64,000 nucleotides of DNA from Basidiobolus meristosporus CBS 931.73 (lineage: Eukaryota; Fungi; Basidiobolomycota): positions 1 through 64,000 of the forward strand of contig MCFE01000247.1 of NCBI GenBank assembly GCA_002104905.1, in the 5' to 3' direction. The translations under genes and the position numbers were made by a program. Of the stretch, positions 35,950 through 48,900 are shown piece by piece (within the stretch, counting starts at the first letter, position 1; each line of letters opens with the position of its first letter). The notes below the pieces were generated by a model. That model was not told the origin of the DNA. It made no database searches and saw nothing but the letters and a program-made list of their open reading frames with translations.

Positions 35950-38900
35950 TGTAGCTCTCCAGATTGTATGATGTTTTAGGCCCAGGCACCAGTGAGATTA
36001 CCATCTTATTTCTGCTCTGCTACCGTAGGATAGGTAGCAGATTAAGGTTGACAAGAATTAGTAGCTGGTAGGACTTGCAGGTAGAGTACTTGTTTAATGA
36101 GAATCCATCAAGTGCCAAGGCAAAGGCATGGTTATACATACCATCAAAGTAGCCCTTGCTTCTTAGCTGTGTGCAATGCTTGCCCTCCAACATATTGGAA
36201 ATGTTTGCGCTTGATTGATACTGAGTGTGGTACTCTATAGCTTCACATCTATTGTTGGACTGCGTGAGCTTCTATAGATGCAATATTACTTGAATATATC
36301 TGGAGTGTGAGCAATGTTCTCTTCTAATGGTGGTGGATTCCTGACAAGTTGGACACCTTGCAATAGTGGTATTTTCTCATGTGAATGCCATGCAATTGCT
36401 AGAACATGCTGGTATCAGGATGGTCTCTGGAGCATATGTTGCCAGCTGCTTGATGGTTGTCCATTTGTATCATGTACATGGTAAGTTGCATCCTGGTATG
36501 ACTTTAGCAAGAAGTAGTAGTACATCCTTAAAGCCCCTTTGCTAATATCTGTGAAAACACACCACTTCTCTAGGCACAACACCACATCATGTACCAGTAG
36601 ATGGATTATTGGGCTCAATTGACTCCATGAATTATTTTCTGGAGGTTTTCCACAGGTGTTATCTCCAGGGATTTGGCATGGCTCATGCAGGGCACTGCTG
36701 TTAGGAGAGATAAGCTCCCAGTCTATCAGTGAGCCTTCTTCTTCAGAGCTATCACTCTGCATGCCATATTTGCAAGGCTGCGGTGAGCATATAGGTGTCA
36801 CAAACTCACCTGACTCAGTTTTTGCAAGGTGACAAGTAAAGCTAAATGCTCTTATAAAAGTATCAAGTGGCCAGCATATATGGTTGGTACAGTAGTGACT
36901 GATGCATGGTCAGATATGACTTGTGTGGCAAAATACTGTCTGTGATCCTTGTAATGCTTCCTATGCTGTCAGCATGCTTCATGGCTAAGAGGCTTGTTAC
37001 AATAGTTACAAGGTTTTTTTTCTTCTCTTACATGATAAATCATAGTGGTTTCCTTTGTAGGACAGACAGCATGGTAGTCAATAATGCAATGCTTTTATAT
37101 CCCTTTTTTGCTAATACTCATGTGAATTCACAAAAGTCTTGTGTCTGAGACATTGCATCAACAAGAGTGAGAGATTCAGTGATGACCTGCTATAGTAAGC
37201 ATTGTAATAAATGTTGTGGCACCACATACACATGTATATGTGATACTATTTCTCCTTTGGTCTGACTCACTCTGATATCAATGCTGCCAAAGTATACAGC
37301 AAAGTTGTCTGGTTCCCAACTAAACCTCACTGTTGGCAGCAGCAAAAGAAAAGTTGGACAAAAGCTTGCTTTGACATCCAGTGCAACAAGCAAGGCTGTA
37401 TCCAAAAGACTATATTGGCAGTTTGCCTACTGAAGGTGATAATACAGACTCCTCTGGCTCTCAGTCAATAAGCAAACAAGAATCTCTCTGGAGCTACAAG
37501 CTGACCATGATGCTTGGGTAGAAGAGAATGTAACAAATGGAGTACCTCTGGTTGAAAATTGGCAGGTGGCAGTCACAACATCAGCACCCCCTGTATTAGC
37601 AAGTATGCTGTTAGCACATACCAAGGTGCTGATGAGGCAATTATTTGCAGTGGCTGATAGCACAGATGCAATGACCCAGAGAAATCAGCAAATAGTACCA
37701 AAACAGGATGAGAAAATAATACATGAAGGGTAATAAATATCCCTAGTAGGCAACACAGTATCTTTGCTGCAAAGATAGAACTTAAGCAGCTCAATGACAT
37801 AGCCAGGAATTGAATCATTTCCCAATGTAACAGTAGAGGAACACTGTACAGTCTTTGAAGCACAGTAACAGTGCCTAAAGATAATGCCCTCAGAGACACC
37901 TATCACAGCATGGGAGGGAGAAACTGCGGTGCTTATACCAAAGCCTAAAAATCAAAAGACATTGAAGACCTGTGAAGCCATTGAGTACAGTGATGAAAAA
38001 TGGGCTAATATTCAAGAGGCAGTTAGAAGTCTTGCATGGCATCACCTTAAGGATATCATACCATAGGACCATCTAGATCCCAAGACCAAGCCAGAATGTG
38101 CTTGACCTGCTCCATGAGTGTTATCATGGACTGAAGCAAGCAAACAGATTTTGGCCCAGCATTGGTGTGCTAAGAAAGTATCTCAAGAATTGCAGTAACT
38201 ATTGAAGGCAGAAGAGCAAGAGTGCCATGGCTAAAAACCAGCAGCTTCCTCATGAGCTTGTCACAAGCAGGGCTGAATGCTTCCCACAAGCAGCAAAGAA
38301 ACATCAGGTTGCCAGAAGAGTGCCAGTACAGGACAGGCAGGCAGAAATGGATGCATCAGTGCAGCATTTATCTAGGAGAGAATATAGTTACATACAAGAA
38401 GCACTCAGTCACTGTAGAGTGAAGGACTTGACAGTGATAAAAACCTGCAGCTTTCTTAGGAGCCAATCACAAGCAGGGCTGAACGTTTCAAACAAGCTGC
38501 AAAGAAACCTCAGGCTGCCAGGAGAGTTCCAGTGTAGTGGTATATAAGTCCAAGGGAGAGATATGCCCAACATTTCTCAAGTAATGTATATGTGGGGAGT
38601 TCAATGGGTGCAATAACCTCTGGCTAAAGCTTGTTGGGAATAATTGGGTTCTGTCTCTACTCTTATGTCAAGGGGAGTTAAACCACCAGCTTGTCAATGA
38701 AAAACTACCAAGCTACAATCCCCAACTCAGTTGGCATCCTAACAATAGTATGTGCTGGGTTAAGTGTCCTTTGAGATGACTAAGTACTAGTGCTTCCAAA
38801 GTCAAAACAAATGTAAACTCTACAAGCAGGGACTTGAGAACAATGCAGCTGTGGTTAATAGTACAAAGACAGAAAAGTATCTTTGCTTGTACAAGAGCAA

Positions 38901-40950
38901 ACTGGGAAAGAATCAAACATAATGAAAATATCTGCTCTGAGTACTCCTCACAAGTAGTGCCTTCAAGGTCAGTTGGCTGTCAGCAAGGTTTCCTGGGAGT
39001 ATCCTGTGGTCTGGTATTGCAAGCTCAGGTAGGAGCAGGTAGCAGTGATCACACTAATAAACAAGTTGATGTATTGATAAAAGGGATGACAATTTATTGT
39101 TGAGTTATTGCCTCCCTTATATACTTTTATCACTGGCTAAGTAACTACTAATCATAATACTCCAGAAGGCTCCAGAGATCTATAAAAATCTTAAGGACAT
39201 TGGAATGAGCTGAGAATGTTTTAAGTAGATGCCCAAAGGTTCTGAGAGACACAACACATCCCACCATTCAAGGATCAGTATTCTGTGACCTGTGTAATAT
39301 AAGGATACCATTTATGGTATAAAAATGTTAGGTATGATGACAAGGTCTGACCATGTGTCACAGGTCCTGGTGCAGGCACTTGGCTAAAATAGAAGCACTT
39401 ACATCTAGTAATTTTTTGTAAAGCAAGGGATAACTTATGAAATAAATAAGCAAGTATTAAAGTTAGCTAGCTTATGGGAAAGTATTGATTAGATAAGACA
39501 AATGGAATAAAACTAAAACAGGGGTAGTGGAGAAATAAGGAAGTAGAAAATACGGGAATGGGACATCTGTTGGTAGGTACCATGGTGACCCTACTATACC
39601 AGCAAGGGACAAGCATGCAAAAACAGATGCACTGGTACAGCCTTCATCATGGAGATAACAAATTATACTACAAGAGGTACTTGGTGACAATAGCAGTGGA
39701 GAACTTAACAGTGATAAGCACCTGTGGCTTTCTCAGGAGCTCATCATAAACATGGATGATAGTTTCATGCAAGCTGCAAAGAAATATCAGGTTGCCAGGA
39801 GAGTGCTGGCAAGGGGCAAGCAGGCAAAAATGGATGCACCAGTGCAGCATTCATCAATGAGAATACAGTAAACAATACAGGAAGCACTCAGGCCAAGTAG
39901 CAGTGAAAGACTTTGAGGTGATAAAGGTAGAGGTAAAGTGAAAATGTCTACCCAAGCCAGAGACTGGCCAGTGTGAGAACAAAGCTGTAGTTCTCACCAA
40001 TTCATGCCATCAGCCCAGAACAGGCTGAATCCCATCATAGCTAAGAAGAATTATCAACTGGACAACAGCTTTTCTCTCAAGAGTCAGAAGTGCAACCATT
40101 TAGGCTACACCCCACTAAGGTAGAAGAGTTTGCAGAGAAATGCAATTTCTCTACCACTGCCTCTGTGCCCTCCATTGTAGTCAGAGTAGATTTCCCACTG
40201 ATGGTCAAAGCAGCAATGTTAAGAGCTCAAAGGCTACCACAATGCCTACAGTGGAATTCTGTTGTATCAATAGGCACATCAAGAGGTTACAGCACTTCTT
40301 AGGAGCAGTGCTCAAGAAAACGCACTTGAATATTGCAAGTTCTTATTGCAAAGACTGGTAGATGAGGTGCTAGACCTTGCAGCAAAGCCTGAAGACCAGG
40401 ATATATGGGAATCAGTGAATGAACAGTGGCATAAAGCCAGAGGGTTCTTGCCAAAGTCATGGAAAAAGGGTGTAACAGTATAAATACTTATTGAATGGTG
40501 GATGTTAATGAGGTACTTATTGAGTGTGGGGTTGGGCTGAATCTTGGTGTTGCGTATAGGGACTTGAATAGGGCAATACAGTTGGTAATTCAGGTACAAC
40601 TGAAGTTTTTACAGAAATAAATCAATTTGTATGCATCAAATGTACAAGAACCAGTTGAGTCAGGAAGTAAGGTGTGTGAAAAAGAGGCAATAGCTGGTCT
40701 ATGTACACAACTGTAGGAGGTGACTGACTGTCCAAGATCAGAGAGTAAGAGAATTGGCATTGGACCAATCAAAAGCCGCTTATGTATTGTTGTGATGAAA
40801 AACTTTGACCAAGTATTTTGTAAAATCCGGAGTGCAATTATTCTTCAACAGTATTTGCATAGTGTTCTGATGGGATCAATACCTCCAAGTCATGGGATTT
40901 TAACTTTGTGATGGCCTTTTGACAGGATCATCATAATATTATTCATAGGG
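35950..40950 (-). mobile_element. CCCTA-type copy H2, left arm (transposase 5' relic about 35950-37140, ORF2 on the plus strand, left terminus)
   Basis: VISLVPGPKTSYNLESY junction; ORF2 relics 37884-38066, 38227-38547 and 40140-40460; terminus attattcataggg ends at 40950 followed by CAA. Confidence 0.85.
38533..39598. repeat. 1066 bp LTR-like insertion with 4-bp TSD CCAG (probable solo LTR)
   Basis: Starts tgtagtggt, ends cctactata; CCAG at 38529-38532 and 39599-39602; removing it restores the H repeat module gagt-ccag-caagggacaagc. Confidence 0.7.
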
Positions 40951-41163
40951 CAAAGTAATTGATAAAGGGCATTTTGGTAGACATACTAATTGAATGGTGG
41001 ATTTCAGTGGAGATACTTTTTAAGTGTGAGCTTGTGCTTATTCTTAGTTGGGTTTAGGGACTTGTATAGGTCAGTAAAATTGAAATTGAGTTACAATTGA
41101 AGATACAAATCTTAATGTTGTGACAGCCTTTTGATGGGATTATCTCAATTATTTATTGTAGGA
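40951..41163 (-). mobile_element. CCCTA-type copy H0, left end
   Basis: Ends tgtgacagccttttgatgggat...ttattgtagga, the reverse complement of the family left-terminus motif. Confidence 0.7.
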
Positions 41164-41249
41164 ATTCTTCTCAGCCAAGAAGCATGTGGACAGTATGGGA
41201 GGTGTTACACAAATTACACCTAGTGATTGGCCATACAAATCCTATTTGA

Positions 41250-41830
41250 GCACTCATCAGTCACTACTTTACCTAGAGAAACTTGCAGCACACTTTGAAC
41301 TTCCATAAGTGCACCTAGCTGCACTTGTCACCTTGCACAAACAGAGTCTGGTTAGTTTGTGGTCACTTTTGGCTCACTTAGCATTCTGAAAATGGTCTGC
41401 AGAGTGATAGATCTGAAGTAGAAGGCTCACTGATGGATTATGGGGCTATCTCCCCTCACTACAGTACTCTGCATGTGACTGGCAAAATCTTGGTTTGCAA
41501 TGAGCAAACACTGCCAGAAAAAAAGCCATGGATACTTTGTAAAGCAAAGTGAGACCAGTAATTCTATTGCCATTCAATGAAGCAATAATATGGCCAGAGT
41601 AGTGGTGTGTTCTCACCAATATCAGTAATGGGACATAAGGATTCACTATTGACTCATGCCAAAGTCATTCCAGGATGCTTCTTACCATACATATGGTCCA
41701 AATTGACAACTCTTATGCAGCTGGCAACATATGACCTTGAGGCTGTTACAATACCAGCATGTGTTAACAGTTGCATGTCATGCATATCAGATAATGCCAC
41801 CATTGCAAGGTGCTCAGCTTGTCAAGAATT
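41250..41830 (+). pseudogene. CCCTA-type copy H4, transposase 5' relic
   Basis: LATYDLEAVTIPACVNSCMSC-x-CSACQE (41607-41909). Confidence 0.8.
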
Positions 41831-42350
41831 TGTTTTAAGAGTTTTGGTGATGTTAGATGTGACTGGGACAACAAGTAGACCATGTGGTTTTCACTTAATG
41901 ATTTATTGAATGCAGGAGTAGTCTTTATACATTTGTATGATCTTGGCATAACACACATGTAGAATAGGTTCAGGAAGGTACAGGAACATGTGTACAAAGA
42001 TTGGGGCTGTTTGAACAACTTTGAGAATTTTCATGTTCTGGGCACCTGATAATTTGGTGATAGTATTCTAAGTAAATCCTGAAAAGGAATTTGGTCAGTG
42101 TTCTCTAAGATTTATAGGTAATGATATACATGACCAAGTTAGGTGAATATATGGGTGGAATTTAAATTTTCACAATACTCCCACTCAATTATATGCTCAT
42201 ACTGACTAGCCTTAATTTTGACCTAAGATATTCAAGGTTCTCACTAGCTAATGGTATGGTAAATATATCTGCAATTATTTTATCTGTAGAGCAGTGAACT
42301 AGGTTAACTAAGTTACTCTCTATAGCTTGATGTATGAGATGATGCCTAAT

Positions 42351-45300
42351 AGACTTGTTCTGTTGGATAGTGCCACATAGTGCCAGCCTGTTGATAGTTC
42401 CAGATCAATCCAGCACTCTATGGCACTATTTGGAACTCAAATATTTACCATAATGCCAGTGGTAGTATACAGTAACTGGCATTTTCACTCAATTGTACTT
42501 ATGTTGCCCAGAACAGTGCTTTTCTTGCTTTATTTAATCTTCATAATTCTGCAGACACATATCTCTTAGTGGATATCTCCTTGTGTGCATATACTGTGCA
42601 TTAATGAGTATCTTGACTATTGTGCTGTCTCCTCCTGTATATGACTTTCCTCTGTATTTACCTGCCAATTAGCTGAATTTCTTTGGATATCTATATATAT
42701 GCTCCACTCTCAATCTCAAATGATTGAATTTCTTATTATAGAGCTTCTGCTTTCTACTAAGCACACCATATCTTGTCTTCCTGTGACCTGTAATACATCC
42801 TAATCTTGGATAATCCTCTCCTATATAAGCTTAGTCTGCCATACAATATGCCCCAGTACTGAATCCTGGATCATTCTCTACCTAGAGTGCTTTGTCATTC
42901 CTACTTCCAGCAAATTGCCAACTGAGCCAGATGATGTTACTGTCAATGTCAGAGAGTGCTTGAAACTTCACACAGTGTGCCTTGTATTTGCCAGAATGAA
43001 AGTGCCTCTGCCCCCTAGAAGGTCTGTTGACCCTGACCGGGAAGGCATCCAAAATACTTCTGATATGGAACCTGTTGTTGAGCACTCTGGGATATTGATG
43101 TCTATTGGAGCTTTGGAGCCTAGTATTCCAGGCTTGCTCTAGTTCTTTCATACTCTCTGCAAGTTGGTGCTCCTTTGCTATCAGCTGGGAATGAAAGCTT
43201 CTAGGACTTTTGTTGCCATGGATGGTGTGTTGAAACCTTGTAGGGCAATAGTTCTTGTGATAGCAGAGAAGCTTAACAGGGGATCTCCTTGAGTAGATTG
43301 GGGTAGATGGTTCACAGTACTTGGTTTGGATCTCCTCTATTGTGTCAAAAGGAAATCCAGTGGTAGTAATGGGATTGATGAGAAAAGACCATTTATATGA
43401 GTAAGTCATATCAGAATTGGTAAGTGATAGGATAGAGTTGGTATGAATCAATTTGGCACAATTGGCTCAATTTGTTGGATTTTCCATGCATTAGGATTAA
43501 ATCTTCATCAAATGCAATGTGTCTCATCAATATATTGCAAAACTCATTCTCAGACAATGACTTGGTGATTTATTGATGATTTACTTACAAGTCTATAAAT
43601 CAAAAGGAAATCTGCAATTAATGCAATCTGATCTATGTCAATTCAATCCAATATGCCTTATGCATAATATATGCAAAATCTGACAGCAACATTAGTTTTT
43701 ATACATATTTCATAAATGACCAGGTTGATGTCAATATACTAGGTATAAGTATCCAAATCCATCACTATGGTCCCTACACCAAGTCTCAGCTCATTGTTAG
43801 CACAACCCAGACAAAATGCATCCCCCAGCTCACAAGCACAGTCTGGACTGGAAAGGTTGATGTTGGATCTGTTCAAGTTCTTTCCAAATCTCTTTATTAT
43901 GCCACAAGTGTCTATGATTAGCCTTCATATAGATATTTAGGCACTACTCATTAATTTATCAGAATCAGATACCCCATATAATTGACAGAGATGGAAGAAT
44001 TTTAGTAGAATGCTGTGGCATGAATTCTACATCATAATGCCAGAAAATGTATGTAATAATATATATAACAAGCCAAGTATTGAAATCAAGACTGATCTTT
44101 GAGTAAGGGGATTTTATGAGGAAGCCAGGTGCAAGTGATTCCAAGTGTAATTTGCGCAATACGGGCTAGACACATCCCTTTGTGTCTCAGCTTTGGGAAC
44201 CAAAGAGATGTTGAATGAGTTTTTGCCTCAAATGACTAATGTACTACTTAATATATTAGTAGAGCTAAGTGGCTTCTAAGAGCAATATACACAGGAATCA
44301 TCAATGCAACAGTTCCAGAGTATCCAACAGAGGGCAAGTGAATACCTTGAGGAATTTCAAGGCATGTTTCAAGAGGAAGAATGCAGACTGCAAGCAACTG
44401 CATTGAGATTGCCCCAGCAAGCCTTGCTGGGTTCCTTACCATCTCCTGCAACACTGCTGTGCTAGCACATGTCAGTCCAGTCTACACCAACACCCTCACA
44501 AGAGTACCCTGCATTGAGTTGATGCACATCAGATTAACATGCACGCTTCAGAGCAAAAGTATCAAAACTTGCCAAACTGTATGTTTTGACACAAGTCCAT
44601 TAGAGCAGGTCAAGTTGCGTCAACATGTTACATCACATATAATTCAGCCAAGGGCTATGCCAATGCATCAAGTTGTGCCTGCACATGTCATTACACCTGA
44701 CCATCAGCAAGTTACTACTGGTGAACAGACTGACAATGACCCACATGAAGTGCCTCCGCCACTGGATCCTTTGGTAAGTAAAAGTGTGCATCAGAACATG
44801 GCACTTCAGGCTGGTCCTGTTTTATCATCTGGAGCAATTCAGCATGGCCAAGCTCCAGAATTACACTCATCAAATAGGAGGCAAAATACTAATTATAAGT
44901 ACACAAGTATTCAAGATGCTAATCAAGAAGGAAGTAGTTCAGGTGTGCAAAGTGAATCACTACCAAATTCTCAGTAGTAATCCCTGTAACAAAAAGCTTA
45001 GGAGAAGATGATGCTATTTCATTGATTTGTTAACATTTGTCATGACTCAAACAACACATTTTTTTACAATCCTAATCAAGCCATTGCAAATCAGTGATCC
45101 CTAAATACTTGATATAAGTAATATCAAGATTATCTCACATTTGAGACAGAACCCCTATAATAAACACCCTGCATATTTATACATCTTCAGTAACATCAGA
45201 ACAGCCATTTGATCTAATTTGCTTATAGAAAATTGGTTGCATGCTTGCTGTGACACCTTGTCCAATCACTAAGATCAGGGATTTACTTGCTCAATGGGCA

Positions 45301-45749
45301 AAATGGAATATTTATGGCAAAGCAGGTAGCTTGTGTATTGGTCAATGAGCCAATTGGGGCCTAACAGCTTTAGGATAATCTTAGACTAATCAACCATTCA
45401 CACATCATTCAATTGAAGTGATGGTAACCAAAATGGTAAGTTTTAGTTAGTTCATAGTGTGATGTGCATTTATTTCTGTTTGCATCAAAGAAAATGTTCA
45501 AATACTAGATTTTACCTACCACAATAGTGGTATCCAATTGTGCATATGATGCAAATATTACAAGTTGGTGCAATCATCCATTCCAACCTTGTAGTGTCAG
45601 ATTGTGCCATAGTGTGCAAAATTGTCCCACCTAGTGCAGAATTGTCCAAGAGCAATCCTGCCTACTAGCAGCTACAATATTGTGCTCAATTGTTCTTTGC
45701 TATTGCAGACTGTGCCATGCACCCTGGCACAGTATAATGGAAGAAGTCC
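42351..45749 (-). mobile_element. 3.4 kb PHIS-superfamily (PIF/Harbinger-ISL2EU-like) DNA transposon, decayed
   Basis: Termini agacttgttctgttggatagtgcc / aatggaagaagtcc shared with the MITE; flanked by AAT; inserted in A2 RNase H (compare gtctaatatctatgtgc at about 51258). Confidence 0.85.
42550..43451 (-). pseudogene. DDE_Tnp_4-type transposase pseudogene
   Basis: ILDAFPVRVNRP, HSGKYKAHCVKFQ and FAGSRND; reading through stops in the same frame gives YCMAD*AYIG and QKLYNKKFNHLRLRVEHI, i.e. a D-D-E triad in IS5/Harbinger layout. Confidence 0.88.
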
Positions 45750-45996
45750 AATATCCTTGTGCTTAGTTTTTGCATAAAGAGTTGGCTTTCTAACTAATTG
45801 TATAAATGTTTGATTCTGTTGAGATTAAGTAATTGGCATTTTTTAACATAAGCCTGAATCTGTAAAAAGTTTTCTTAGCCACATAACTTCTTGAGTAGCT
45901 TCACAGGCTTCCATGTTCTCTGCCTTGGTGGTAGAAAGTTCTATGGTTGGTTGCTTTCTTGAGTTCCATGAAATTGCTTGTTAACAGTAAAGAAAG

Positions 45997-48900
45997 TCCT
46001 ACAAAAAACTATTGTGATGATCCCATCAAAAGGCCATCACAGATTCTGAGTCCCATGACTAAGAGGTATTGATTTGATTAGTGATAGAGTGTCTGGGACT
46101 AGGAAGTGAGAAAATTGGCAGAGAGCCAATCAAAAGCCACTTTTGTATTGCTGTGATGAGAAATTTTGACCTAGTTTTTTACAATTTCTGGGGCGCCATT
46201 ATTTTTTGATGGTCTTTGTACAGTGTCCTGATGGAATCAATACCTCTTAGTCATATGACTTATAATCTGTGATGATCTTTTGATCTGTTGATCACAATAA
46301 CTTTTCATAGGGTTCTTAATATACCAATGCTGGCCCAAAATCTGTTTGCTTGTTTGAATCCATGACAATGCTCATGGAGTAAGTCAACTGCATTCTGCTT
46401 GGCTTTGAGTTCCTGATAGTCCCATAGTATGCCAGCCTTAAGGTGTTGGCGTGCTAAACTTTTAATGGCCTCTTGAATATTAGCCCACTCTTTATCACTG
46501 CACTCAACGGCTTCACGGATCTTCAATGTCTTTTGATTTTTAGACTTTGGTGTAAACACTACACTTTTCCCCCCATGCTGAGGTATGTTCTTCTGTGGGC
46601 TTTATCTTTGGGCACTGTTGTTGTGCTTTAAAGACTGTGCAGTGTTCCTCTGCTGTTACATTGGAAAGGGCTCAATTTTTGGCCATGACATTGAGCTAAT
46701 TGAGTTCCTTCTTTGCAACAAATTTACTGCTTCCTTCTACCTGGGATATCAATTGCTCTACACCTTTTATCCTCTCATCCTGTTTCTGGACTATTTCCTG
46801 ATTTTTCAGGGCCATTGCATCTATCCTGTTAGCCACTGCACCTAATTGCCTCATTAATGCTTTGATGTAAGCGGACAACAAACTTGCTAATACAGGTAGC
46901 GGTGATGTTATGATGGCCACTTGCTAGTCTTCAACTGAAGGTACTGCTTTTGCTTCATTCTCATCTGCCTCACCAATATGATCAGCTAGTGGCTCTGCAG
47001 AGATTTCTGATTGCCCACTTGACTGGAAGCCTGAGGAGTCTGCATTATTCCCTTCAGTGGGCATGCTGTCCACAAGGCCTTTTTTGGTTGTAGCCCTGCT
47101 TGTTGCACTGAATGTCAAAGCAAGCTGTTGTCCAACTGCTCTTCTGCTGCTGTTGGAGGTGGGGCTTAGATGGGAAACAGACAACTTTGCTTTATTTTTT
47201 GCTGGCATATATATGGAAGTGAGTCAAACCAATGAAGAAATGGTGTTACATATACATGTGTATGTGGTGCCACAACTTTATTAAAGATACTTACTATGGC
47301 AGGTCATCATTGAATCTTACATTCGTATAGCTGAAATGTCTCAAATTCAAGACTGTCTTAAATTCACATGAGTATTGGCAAAATAGTGATATAATAATGT
47401 TACATTGTTGTATGTCAGACTCTTTGCCCCATGGACAAGACCATTTCAATTCAATACCATAAGAGAAGAGAAAAAAGACCATGTGGCTATTGTAGCAAGC
47501 CTCTGAGCCATGAAGCATGCAGGCAGCATAGGAAGTATTACAAGGATCATGGCCAGTGTTTTGCCACACAAGTAGTATTTGACCTTTCACCAGTCACTAT
47601 TGTACCAACAATATCTTGCCTGTCACTTGATACTTCTATAACAGCCTTTAGGCTCACCCCAGCCTTCTGAATAAGGCATGCACAGTGATAGCTCTGAAGA
47701 AGCAGGCTTGCTAACAGATTGTGAGCCTATCTTTCCTAAAAACCATACCCTGCATGAGCCTGGCAAAATTCCATTATGTAATAAGACAACACCTGTGGAA
47801 AAAAATGCCAAGGATACTTTATGGAGTCATGTGAGCCCAGTAATCAATCTACTGTTGAATGATGTAATGTTATGGCTAGAGCAGTGGCACATTTCCACCA
47901 ATACTGGTAATGCGGGCTTTGAGGATATACTACCACTTTTTGCCAAAATCATCCCAGGATGCAACTTACCATGTACATGTTATAAGTGGAATACAACCAT
48001 GTGGCTGGCAACATATGACCCAGAGACCATCCTGATACCAGCATGTGCTGACAGTTGTGTGGCATTCACATCAGAAAATGCCGCCATTGCAAAGTGACCA
48101 ACTTGTCAGGAATCCACCACCATTGGGGGAAAGCATGGTTCACATTCTGGATATATTCCAGTAATACCCTGAATAAAGAAGCTCATGCAGACCAACAAGT
48201 ATTGTGAAGCTATAAAGTACCACGCTTAGTATCAGTCAAGCACAAACATATGAGATTTATTTGATGGCAAACATTACAAAAAGCTAAGAAGCAAGGGCTA
48301 CTTTGCAGGTATGTATCACCATGCCTTTGCCTTGACACTTGATGGATTCTCATTAAACAAGTATTCTACCAGCATATCCTGCTGGCCACTGATTTTCATC
48401 AACCTGAATATGCCTTCTATCTTACAGTATCAGAGCAGAAATCTGATTGTGTCTCACTGGTACCTGGGACTTTATCACCATCCAGCCTGAATACCTACCT
48501 GTATCCATTGCTGGATGAGTTTTGTATGCTTTCCAGCAGGATTACTCTAAATGGTCATCATGTAAAAGCTCAAAGCATTATTTGTATTGGAGGAACCCCA
48601 GCCATTAGCAAGATAGCCAGCTTTTCTGGGCATTATAGATGGTATTGCTGTTGAATGTGTGAGATCCAGGGGACTTACTCCATAACTCACAAACATTATT
48701 ATTACCCAAACATCAACACTAAGAACATCTTCTCTCCACAGCAAGAATGTACAGAAGTCAGCAGGGAATTGTAGCAAAGTATGCAAGCTATAAGTCACAG
48801 GCCAGAATATGGAATTAATTAGAAACCAAAGATACTTAAGATAGAGGGAATCTGCTGGAGCAAAAGCTTCGCAATGGGAGCAATGCACTTTCTTTTCAAC

